Shown in pieces: positions 56,967 to 64,000 of a stretch of 64,000 nt of DNA. A program made the translations under genes and the position numbers. The stretch is from an uncultured bacterium (GTDB taxonomy: Bacteria > Bacteroidota > Ignavibacteria > OLB7). The stretch's first letter is position 1. Every line of letters begins with the position of its first letter. The notes beneath the pieces are model-generated. The model ran no database searches. It was not told where the DNA came from and was given only the letters and a program-made list of their open reading frames with translations. The stretch lies in the NCBI GenBank assembly GCA_966250335.1, contig CBINGZ010000022.1:11218-75217 (forward strand). Reading direction: 5' to 3'.

Positions 56967-57785
56967 ATGCTGCAGAAGGTGATGCGATATGGTGCTCCCG
57001 AACTCAAGGCGACCTACGAGCGTAATCTGGGGAAGGGCTTCGTTGTCTCGGCGACGCTCCATCTGATCGTGGCGTTCCTCCTCTTCATGAACAGGGAGAC
57101 GCACGATCCGTCGCGGCCTGCCGGGCTTCTGCTCCCCCCGATCGGAAGCGATACGCTCTCCGTGCCGCTTACGCTGATGAACGTGAAGGTGGGAAAAGTG
57201 GGGGGGGGCGGCGGGAGCCGTACGGTCGAGAAGCCGGAGGGGCAGGCGAAGAAGGGGGCGGAGGATGCCGATCCGAAGCTGAAGACCCCGAACCGCAGAA
57301 CCACGACGGTCGCCGCCGGAGCCGGAAAGGTGACGCCGGTGGCGGACGCGAAGAGCGACAACCGTCCCCGCAGCCCGAACCAGCGCGACACCAACACGAA
57401 CAACGTCCGCCCCGGCGGAAACCCCGGCCAGCATGACCAGGGGAAGGGAGTCGTCGACGCGGGGGGGAGCGGCGGTCCCGGTGTCGGGTTCGGACGCGGA
57501 AGCGGCGTCGGGAATTACTCGGCCGATATGGGGGGGCGCGGGTGGCAGGTACGTCCCAATGCGGTATACCCGAGCGGGTCGAGCGCCGTGGGGGCCGTCA
57601 CCCTCAGCATCACGATTCTTCCCGACGGGAAGATCGGAACTATCGTTCCCGTGAAGAGCGCCAGCGCGGATCTGCTCAAGGCCGCGGTTGCCGGGCTCCG
57701 TCGCGCCAGGGCGGCGGCGCTCCCCGCAGGTGCGGCGCAGTCGGTGCAGAAGGCGTCGATCACCTTCAACTTCAAGCTCAAGTAA
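56967..57785 (+). CDS. TonB-family energy transducer (copy 1)
   Basis: N-terminal TM segment (FVVSATLHLIVAFLLFM), P/K/G-rich linker, C-terminal TonB_C-like domain (YPSGSSAVGAVTLSITILPDGKIGTIVPVKSASADLLKAAVAGLRRA...ITFNFKL). The start could be 56931 or 56982. Confidence 0.7.
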   Translation: MLQKVMRYGAPELKATYERNLGKGFVVSATLHLIVAFLLFMNRETHDPSRPAGLLLPPIGSDTLSVPLTLMNVKVGKVGGGGGSRTVEKPEGQAKKGAEDADPKLKTPNRRTTTVAAGAGKVTPVADAKSDNRPRSPNQRDTNTNNVRPGGNPGQHDQGKGVVDAGGSGGPGVGFGRGSGVGNYSADMGGRGWQVRPNAVYPSGSSAVGAVTLSITILPDGKIGTIVPVKSASADLLKAAVAGLRRARAAALPAGAAQSVQKASITFNFKLK

Positions 57786-57860
57786 AGGGCGGCCGTTCAG
57801 TCGGTAATATCGCAAGATGATTCGACCGGCCGCCTGATCACTTCAACGCAGGTCGCAGCT

Positions 57861-58529
57861 ATGTCCAGTCTGTTCGATATGTATATGAAGGGAGGATGGG
57901 TGATGCACCCCATTCTCCTTTGTTCGTTTATCGCGCTGTATATCGTGATAGAGAGATACATGGCGCTCAGGCGCGCCCGCACGGTTCCGGCGGGATTCGT
58001 CGGTGAGCTCCGGAACTTCATCCGCAAGGGGGATGTGCAGAGCGCGCTCCTCTATGTAACGCGGTACGATCTTCCGGTGGCGCGGATCGTGAAGTCGGGA
58101 CTGCAGAAACTTCATCGCGGCAGCACGCGCGTCCAGCAGGCGATGGAGGATCAGGGGCGCGCCGAGGCGGCGAAGCTCGACAGGAGCATGGGGGTGCTTG
58201 CCACCATGGCCGGCGTGGCGCCGCTCCTCGGGTTCCTGGGAACCGTCGTCGGTATTGCCATCGCGTTCGATCAGATCGCGGCGATGGGGGGGAAGGTCAG
58301 TCCGGACACGCTTGCCGACGGTATATCGCAGGCACTCTATACCACGGTCTTCGGTCTGATCGTCGGTATCCCCGCGTTCGCGGCGTTCAACTACCTCTCC
58401 GGCATCATCCAGATCGTTGTGGCGACGCTGGAAGGGACCGCCAGGGAGATGTTCGACACGCTCGAGGAGGAGCTTCCCGCCGAAGCCCTCGACAAACCGG
58501 GGCGACCCGCCATATCTCCGGCAGAGTAG
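57861..58529 (+). CDS. exbB: MotA/TolQ/ExbB-family proton-channel protein
   Basis: Three TM segments. Conserved region VLATMAGVAPLLGFLGTVVGIAIAF...ISQALYTTVFGLIVGIPAFAAFNYL is typical of ExbB/TolQ. Confidence 0.85.
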   Translation: MSSLFDMYMKGGWVMHPILLCSFIALYIVIERYMALRRARTVPAGFVGELRNFIRKGDVQSALLYVTRYDLPVARIVKSGLQKLHRGSTRVQQAMEDQGRAEAAKLDRSMGVLATMAGVAPLLGFLGTVVGIAIAFDQIAAMGGKVSPDTLADGISQALYTTVFGLIVGIPAFAAFNYLSGIIQIVVATLEGTAREMFDTLEEELPAEALDKPGRPAISPAE

Positions 58530-58538
58530 GAGGAGCCC

Positions 58539-58946
58539 ATGCAGTTCAGAAAGAAAGGGGAATCTCCCTATCTCTCGGCGTTCAACTTCTCATCGTTGAC
58601 CGATATCGTCATGCTTCTCCTCATCTTCTTCCTGCTGACGAGCTCGTTCGTGGCGACCGACGGAATGGATGTGGTGCTGCCGGAGGCAAGGAACGCCGAC
58701 ACGCAGGAGGAGGCGCGTCTTTATATCAGCATGGACGAGGAGCGGAAGATCTCGATCAACAACAGGGACGCCACGATGGAGACCCTCCCCGGTCTGGTGG
58801 CCGCCGAGATCGCCCGCGACAGTTCGCAGACCGTCGTCATCAGGGCCGATCAGACCCTGCTGATGAGCGACGTGATAGGGCTGCTCGATGTGGTGAAGGG
58901 GGCGGGAGCGCGACGGTTCTTCATAGCGACCGAGAAGGCGAAGTAG
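58539..58946 (+). CDS. exbD: ExbD/TolR-family biopolymer transport protein
   Basis: N-terminal TM segment DIVMLLLIFFLLTSSFV followed by the periplasmic domain (VVIRADQTLLMSDVIGLLDVVKGAG); 135 aa. Confidence 0.8.
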   Translation: MQFRKKGESPYLSAFNFSSLTDIVMLLLIFFLLTSSFVATDGMDVVLPEARNADTQEEARLYISMDEERKISINNRDATMETLPGLVAAEIARDSSQTVVIRADQTLLMSDVIGLLDVVKGAGARRFFIATEKAK

Positions 58947-58971
58947 ATCGTGAAGAATATCGGAATCCGTC

Positions 58972-59718
58972 ATGAGTGAACATCCCTCGGAGTATTCCGA
59001 GCAGACATACGACAAACGGACAAGACGGACGGCGATGATCGTCTCGGGGGCGTTTCACCTGGGCCTTCTTCTCCTGACCATGCTCGTCACCTGCTCCTCG
59101 CCGACGGAGCAGGAGGATCTGACGGAGATCGTCTGGGGCGGCTCCGGAGGTTCGCCCGACGTCGACGCCCCCGCCGGTCCCGCGCAGCGCGGGAATCCCT
59201 CGGTTCAGCGGCAGCAGCCGAAGCCGGTTCCGACGACGCCGGAGCCGAAGAAGATCGACGTGCCGAAGACGACCTCCCCCTCCACGGAAACCGTTTCTCC
59301 TACGACGGAGAAGCCGAAGCCCGCCAGGCCGAGCACCGAGGAGACTCCGCGTCCCTCGTCCTCCGAAGCAGAGCAGGGGGGGCAGCGTCCGGACGGAACG
59401 GGGACAAGGCCGGCGGGAGGAACGGGGGGAACGACGAGCGGATATTCGGTCAACGGACTGGGGAATCGGGGGTGGATCAGATCGCCCCGCGCGAGCTATC
59501 CGCAGGGGGCCGATGCCTCCGGTGAGGTGGTCCTCTCGTTCACCGTGACCCCGTCGGGGGAGGTGACCAACGTGAAACCGGTCAAACGGGCGAACCAGGC
59601 GCTCGTCAACGCGGCGACGGCGGGATTACGCAGGGCCCGCGCCCGGCCGCTGCCGTCGTCTGTTCCGCAGATACCGCAGCAGGGGACGATCACCTACACC
59701 TTCAGGCTGGAGAATTGA
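58972..59718 (+). CDS. TonB-family energy transducer (copy 2)
   Basis: TM segment (MIVSGAFHLGLLLLTMLVT), Pro-rich spacer (PKPVPTTPEPKKIDVPKTTSPS...), C-terminal TonB_C-like domain (YPQGADASGEVVLSFTVTPSGEVTNVKPVKRANQALVNAATAGLRRA...ITYTFRL). Confidence 0.7.
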   Translation: MSEHPSEYSEQTYDKRTRRTAMIVSGAFHLGLLLLTMLVTCSSPTEQEDLTEIVWGGSGGSPDVDAPAGPAQRGNPSVQRQQPKPVPTTPEPKKIDVPKTTSPSTETVSPTTEKPKPARPSTEETPRPSSSEAEQGGQRPDGTGTRPAGGTGGTTSGYSVNGLGNRGWIRSPRASYPQGADASGEVVLSFTVTPSGEVTNVKPVKRANQALVNAATAGLRRARARPLPSSVPQIPQQGTITYTFRLEN

Positions 59719-60503
59719 CCGGCTCCTTCGATCACGACCGTGAATACCCGGAGGAGCTGAGAGATCTCACGGCCGGCTTCCGGGCAACCCCGATCACGCA
59801 CGGGATGTCGGGATCGCGGGTGCTCAGGCTGAGCGGTTCCGGGGGCGAATCGCCGGTGCTCAAGATCTCCGCTCCAGGTCTTCTCACGGGGGAGTGTGAG
59901 CGCCTCGCCTGGCTTGAGGGACGGCTTCCCGTTCCTGTCGTTCTCCGTTATATTTCCACCGCCGACGCCGATTATCTTCTGACGACCTGCCTCCCCGGTC
60001 TCGACGCCTCCCACAGATCTCACGATTCCGATATATCCCGTCTCGTCGATATCCTTGCCGAAGGGCTTCTGCTGCTCCATTCGACCTCGATGGAAGGATG
60101 CCCCTTCGATCACCGGCTCGACCCCGAACTTGCGCGGGCGCGTGGAAGAATGGAGCGGGGAGAAGTGGATGAGGAGGATTTCGACATATCGCGACACGGC
60201 AGGAAGGCCGTCGAGCTTTACGAGGAGCTGCTGGCGACCAGGCCCGCCGGCGAGACCCCCGTGCTCACCCACGGCGATTATTCCCTGCCGAACATCATGA
60301 TCGACCGGGGAGGTCTCGGCGGGTTCGTCGACCTCGGCGCGGCGGGGATCGGCGACCGCTACCGCGATCTGGCGCTTGCCGCGCGCAGTCTTGCCTTTAA
60401 TTTCGGAGCCGAACACCTCTCCCGGCTTTTCGAGGCCTACGGCCTCGCGACTCCAGACATGCGCCGGATCGCATATTATCAGATGCTGGATGAGTTCTTC
60501 TGA
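59715..60503 (+). CDS. Aminoglycoside 3'-phosphotransferase (APH(3')) family kinase
   Basis: Catalytic loop VLTHGDYSLPNIMID and the motif FVDLGAAGIGDRYRDLALAA match the APH(3') signatures (HGD..L.N; D.GR.G..DRY.DLA). The C-terminal ...RIAYYQMLDEFF mirrors the characteristic ...LDEFF end of APH(3') enzymes. The apparent start is TTG at 59715, overlapping the tonB stop; there is no in-frame ATG near the N-terminus. Confidence 0.85.
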   Translation: MTGSFDHDREYPEELRDLTAGFRATPITHGMSGSRVLRLSGSGGESPVLKISAPGLLTGECERLAWLEGRLPVPVVLRYISTADADYLLTTCLPGLDASHRSHDSDISRLVDILAEGLLLLHSTSMEGCPFDHRLDPELARARGRMERGEVDEEDFDISRHGRKAVELYEELLATRPAGETPVLTHGDYSLPNIMIDRGGLGGFVDLGAAGIGDRYRDLALAARSLAFNFGAEHLSRLFEAYGLATPDMRRIAYYQMLDEFF

Positions 60504-60767
60504 GGCGGAATCGGGGGTGATCGCCGTTCCGTTCCACGTCGGGTAATCGGTGACGGCACGACGGAGAGAGTCGTTCGAAGGGGTCCATGCGTCAGGCGGG
60601 GGCCCCTTTCGGCATCTTACCGGTATGGAGATCCAACTTTTTGCGGCGACCCCACGTTTCATGACGGTCCGGCCGAGCGAAATCCTCCTCGCGTCCCGGG
60701 TGCGGACTCCTTATTTTCCTCTCGATACCGATGTCGCCGACCTTCTCCGAATCATGATGGATGATCG

Positions 60768-63700
60768 ATGAACACTCTTTTTCGCATGCCGCGCATGGCG
60801 CCGGCGATCGTCGCCGCCCTGTTTCTCCTCTCCGTCTGCGATCTTTTCGCCCAGAGGGAATACAACATCTGGTATTTCCCGCTGATGGCCGGCCTCGACT
60901 TCAACGGCGGCGCTCCGGTTCCGCTGACCGACAACGCGATGTTCGACTTCGGCGACGAGGCCTCCGCCGTCTTCTCCGATCCCGCGACCGGAAAGCTCCT
61001 CTTCTATGTATCGGGTGAGGATGTCTGGAACGCGAACCATCAGTTCATGGCGAACGGGAGGCGCCTGGCCGGGCATATCAGCAGCACGCAGGGGGCGCTG
61101 ATCGTCCCCCTTCCCGGAAGCTCCACCCTCTACTACGTCTTCACCACCGATGCCGGCGATTACTACGAGCCGCCGAACGTCGGGCTCCATTATTCCATCG
61201 TCGACATGACGCAGGAGAACGGGCTCGGCGCCGTCACGCAGAAGAACGTGGAACTCCTCAACGTCGCCACGGAGAAACTGACGGCGGTCAGACATTGCAA
61301 CGGCAGGGATTTCTGGATTCTGGCGCACGGCTGGGGAGACAACAGTTTCTATGCGTACCGCCTTACCCCCGCCGGCCTGAAGCCTCCGGTGGTGACGAGC
61401 ATCGGGAGCGTCCACGGGGGAGACCCGCAGAACTCGATCGGCTGGCTCCGCGCCTCCCCCGACGGCCGCCGCCTCGTCTCGGTCGTGACCGGCACGGGGA
61501 GCGTCGAGCTCTTCAACTTCGACAACAGGACAGGGACCGTCTTCAACAGGATCGACCTCCCCGGAGGGAACCAGGAGTACGGCGCCAGTTTCTCCCCCGA
61601 CAACACCAAACTCTACATCACCCGGACCACGCAGACACCCGATGCGATCTATCAGTATGACGTATCGAGTTCCGATCCGTCGACGATCATCGCCTCGCGC
61701 ACGAACGTGGCGGTCACCGTCGGCGCCGGGGCGCTCGCCCTCGGTCCGGACGGGAAGCTCTATCTGGTTCGGAAGGGAGAGATCGGGAACAGATATAGAT
61801 TTCTCTCGGTGTTCGATAATCCCAACCTTGCGGGGGCCGCCTCCGGGTTTCGTCTGGATGCGATAGATCTTGCGGGACGCGAGACCAGGCGCGGCCTGCC
61901 GAACAATATCGACGCCTACCGCCCGACGCCGAACGACGACTGCCTTCCCCCACGCGCGCTCTTTGCGCCGAGCCGGCTGGAGATATGCGTGGGTGAGTGC
62001 ATCGACTATACCGATCGTTCGGAGAGGGGGGCCACGAAATGGGAATGGAGGTTCGACGGGGCATCCATCGCATCGTCGAGCGATAGAAATCCGGCCAACG
62101 TCTGCTATGCCGCTCCCGGCTCCTACACGGTGCGCCTGATCGCCTCGAAGATGCTCGCCCAGGACGACGAGCTTGCCGACACGGTTGTTCAGACGATCGT
62201 CGTGCATCCCTCTCCCACGGTCGACGCCGGCCCCGACCGGAACATCTGCGAACGTGAGAGCGTCACGCTGACGGCATCGCAGGGCGATACGTACGAATGG
62301 ACTCCCTCGCCGGGGCTCTCCTGTACCGACTGCCGGTCCCCCGTCGCGACCCCGTCGGTGACCACGACCTACACCGTCACGGTGACGAACGAGTTCGGCT
62401 GTAAGGCGAGGGACTCGGTGACTGTCTTTATAAAGCCGGCCCCGATCATCAGCGTGCTGCCGTCGGCCACGACGATCTGCAGCGGAGAATCGGTCCAGCT
62501 TCGCGCAAGCGGGGGCACCACATATTCATGGACGCCGACCGACAGGCTGAGCTGCACCGACTGTCCCGAGCCGATCGCCAACCCGTCGAAGAGCACGATG
62601 TATATCGTGAGCTCCTCCACCCCCGGCACCTGCGAGGCGCGGGATACCGTGATCGTCACCGTCGTCGAGGCGATGGAGGTGGAAGCGGGGAACGATCCGA
62701 CGATCTGCCTGGGTGACAGCGTCACGATCGGTGCGACGGCGACCCCCGGCGCCTACTCCTGGACGCCGACGACCGGATTGAGCTGCGCCGACTGTCTGAC
62801 GCCGAGGGCCGCCCCCACGACGACGACGACCTACACCCTCACCGCCAGCAGCGCCGGTGAATGCGTCGCCGTCGATCGGGTGACGGTGACCGTTCTCCCC
62901 CCTCCCCAGGCCGATGCCGGGGGGGATGAGCTTATCTGTCTGGGAGATACCGCGCGGCTGCACGCGATCGGCGGCGTGTCGTACAGATGGGAGCCTGCGA
63001 CGGGGCTGAGCTGCACCGACTGTCAGACCCCTCTTGCCTTCCCCGATGTGACGACCGCCTATTTCGTCACGGTGACCGGCGCGGAGGGATGTGTCGCCCG
63101 GGATGTCGTGACGGTGCGGGTCGACCGCTCCCCCCGCACCGTGCGGACGCATATCGAGAACGCCCAGGGGCCGACCGGCGCCACGGTCCGCGTCCCCCTG
63201 CTACTGGACGACCGTCTCGATTCGGCGGCCGTCGATTCCCTCATGATCGATCTGACCTACGACGACGGCATGATGGTCCTGCGAAGCCAGGATCTGAAGG
63301 GAGGGATTCTGGAGGGATGGGATCTGAAGATCATCGAGGCGTTCCCCGGCAGGTTCAGTGCCATGCTGGTCGCCCCTCCCTTCACGACACTGAAGGGGAC
63401 GGGGAAGATGCTCGATCTCGCCTTCCTCCTCTACCTCCGCACGGCGACCGAATCGTGCATCGAGTACACGATCTCGCTCCCCGGCAACAACTGCACCCGG
63501 ATCGTTCCGGACCCCGGCTGCATCGAGCTCGATCCCTTCTGCGGCGCCACCATCAGGTTCGTCGTCGGGACGAACGAGGGGTATGCGCTGGAGGAGAACC
63601 GGCCGAACCCGTTCAACCCCGAGACCGAGATCCCCTTCTCGCTCGGCCTCGACGGGCATACGGTTCTCACGGTGGTCAACGCCTCCGGAGAGGAGGTCGC

Positions 63701-63839
63701 CCGTCTGGTGAACGAGCGGATGGAACCGGGACGATATATCGTCTCGTGGAACGGGGCCGAGCAGCCCTCGGGGGTCTACTACGTGCGCCTTACCTCGGGC
63801 GACTGGTCGGCGAGCCGGAGAATTCTCCTGGTGAAATAG
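60768..63839 (+). CDS. T9SS-secreted cell-surface protein: signal peptide, N-terminal beta-rich domain, six SprB-type Cys-containing Ig-like repeats, Ig-like domain, C-terminal Por/T9SS sorting domain (paralog family of 160..3132)
   Basis: Signal peptide MNTLFRMPRMAPAIVAALFLLSVCDLFAQ. Repeats with G(L)SCTDC..P.A.P...TTY.V....GC...D.V.V (for example TTYTVTVTNEFGCKARDSVTV, TTYTLTASSAGECVAVDRVTV). C-terminal NRPNPFNPETEIPFSLGLDGHTVLTVVNASGEEVARLVN...GVYYVRLTSGDWSASRRILLVK matches the T9SS CTD. Confidence 0.75.
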   Translation: MNTLFRMPRMAPAIVAALFLLSVCDLFAQREYNIWYFPLMAGLDFNGGAPVPLTDNAMFDFGDEASAVFSDPATGKLLFYVSGEDVWNANHQFMANGRRLAGHISSTQGALIVPLPGSSTLYYVFTTDAGDYYEPPNVGLHYSIVDMTQENGLGAVTQKNVELLNVATEKLTAVRHCNGRDFWILAHGWGDNSFYAYRLTPAGLKPPVVTSIGSVHGGDPQNSIGWLRASPDGRRLVSVVTGTGSVELFNFDNRTGTVFNRIDLPGGNQEYGASFSPDNTKLYITRTTQTPDAIYQYDVSSSDPSTIIASRTNVAVTVGAGALALGPDGKLYLVRKGEIGNRYRFLSVFDNPNLAGAASGFRLDAIDLAGRETRRGLPNNIDAYRPTPNDDCLPPRALFAPSRLEICVGECIDYTDRSERGATKWEWRFDGASIASSSDRNPANVCYAAPGSYTVRLIASKMLAQDDELADTVVQTIVVHPSPTVDAGPDRNICERESVTLTASQGDTYEWTPSPGLSCTDCRSPVATPSVTTTYTVTVTNEFGCKARDSVTVFIKPAPIISVLPSATTICSGESVQLRASGGTTYSWTPTDRLSCTDCPEPIANPSKSTMYIVSSSTPGTCEARDTVIVTVVEAMEVEAGNDPTICLGDSVTIGATATPGAYSWTPTTGLSCADCLTPRAAPTTTTTYTLTASSAGECVAVDRVTVTVLPPPQADAGGDELICLGDTARLHAIGGVSYRWEPATGLSCTDCQTPLAFPDVTTAYFVTVTGAEGCVARDVVTVRVDRSPRTVRTHIENAQGPTGATVRVPLLLDDRLDSAAVDSLMIDLTYDDGMMVLRSQDLKGGILEGWDLKIIEAFPGRFSAMLVAPPFTTLKGTGKMLDLAFLLYLRTATESCIEYTISLPGNNCTRIVPDPGCIELDPFCGATIRFVVGTNEGYALEENRPNPFNPETEIPFSLGLDGHTVLTVVNASGEEVARLVNERMEPGRYIVSWNGAEQPSGVYYVRLTSGDWSASRRILLVK

Positions 63840-63961
63840 CGGGGGGTGAAACCCTAGCTCCGTCGCCGGGGTTCTATACATATCGCACTGATGGAATCGC
63901 CGGTCGGATGAACCGATCGGCGGCCGTCTCCTCCCAAGCATATCATTTCGAGAAACGCTTA

Positions 63962-64000
63962 TGAATCGGAACTACGCGTTACTCTTCTCTCTTCTGGTCG
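63962..64000 (+). CDS. 5' end of a further gene (partial; hydrophobic signal-like N-terminus MNRNYALLFSLLV)
   Basis: ATG at 63962 followed by a hydrophobic run. It is truncated by the window end. Confidence 0.25.

Noticed and set aside
60550-60771. 73-aa ORF in the intergenic region before the last T9SS cargo gene
   Set aside because: It is short with an R/P-rich composition and no start context or motifs, so it is probably non-coding promoter/leader DNA.

Overview
High-GC (roughly two-thirds G+C by eye) bacterial chromosomal window, almost entirely coding on the + strand. Several C-terminal T9SS (Por) sorting domains and SprB-type repeats place the source in the FCB superphylum, probably a high-GC lineage; the phylum cannot be fixed from this sequence. 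Two accessory systems stand out. (1) A ~17 kb secreted-toxin locus at 6.9-24.2 kb: a 2710-aa protein with an N-terminal SpvB/TcB-like domain, a small secreted ORF, then a 2690-aa Rhs/YD-repeat protein with a Cys-rich N-terminal half and a canonical RHS core (..DLDGLE). Exactly at the RHS core, G+C drops by an estimated 15-20 points into a ~260-aa C-terminal toxin domain (EndoU-like RNase candidate), followed by an ATGA-overlapped 82-aa putative immunity gene. This is the signature of horizontally swapped polymorphic-toxin tips on an unusually large Tc(BC)-like Rhs cocoon. (2) A ~10 kb pilus-like locus at 38.6-49.0 kb with three ~75%-identical monocistronic major-subunit cassettes (SCPU/DUF4402-like, ~180 aa). 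Two of them and a remnant share a near-identical ~190-bp leader carrying the inverted repeat TGTCCGAA-N20-TTCGGACA and a TGGCAC box; these two also share a near-identical terminator, and cassette 1 has its own. The subunit array is interrupted by unrelated genes (pirin; ada plus an AlkB-like oxygenase) and contains a recombination remnant that fuses the leader to a subunit 3' end. It is followed by a PapD-like chaperone, a minor subunit and a putative usher, i.e. an archaic chaperone-usher system whose subunit genes appear to recombine. Other content: two paralogous T9SS cargo proteins (L-type lectin plus SprB repeats) at the window edges; an FG-GAP/ASPIC (CRTAC1-like) T9SS cargo; an SBBP-type beta-propeller T9SS cargo; two paralogous TPR/coiled-coil LuxR-HTH regulators; an ABC-F ATPase; a beta-lactamase-family serine hydrolase; a tandem pair of DUF2723/GT-C-like membrane proteins; a MarR regulator; a HicB-like orphan; an OmpA-family protein; a TPR protein with an outer-membrane barrel and a TonB-ExbB-ExbD-TonB cluster; and an APH(3')-family phosphotransferase. 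No rRNA, tRNA, CRISPR array, transposase or integrase was recognised. The many long antisense ORFs are GC-driven artefacts.
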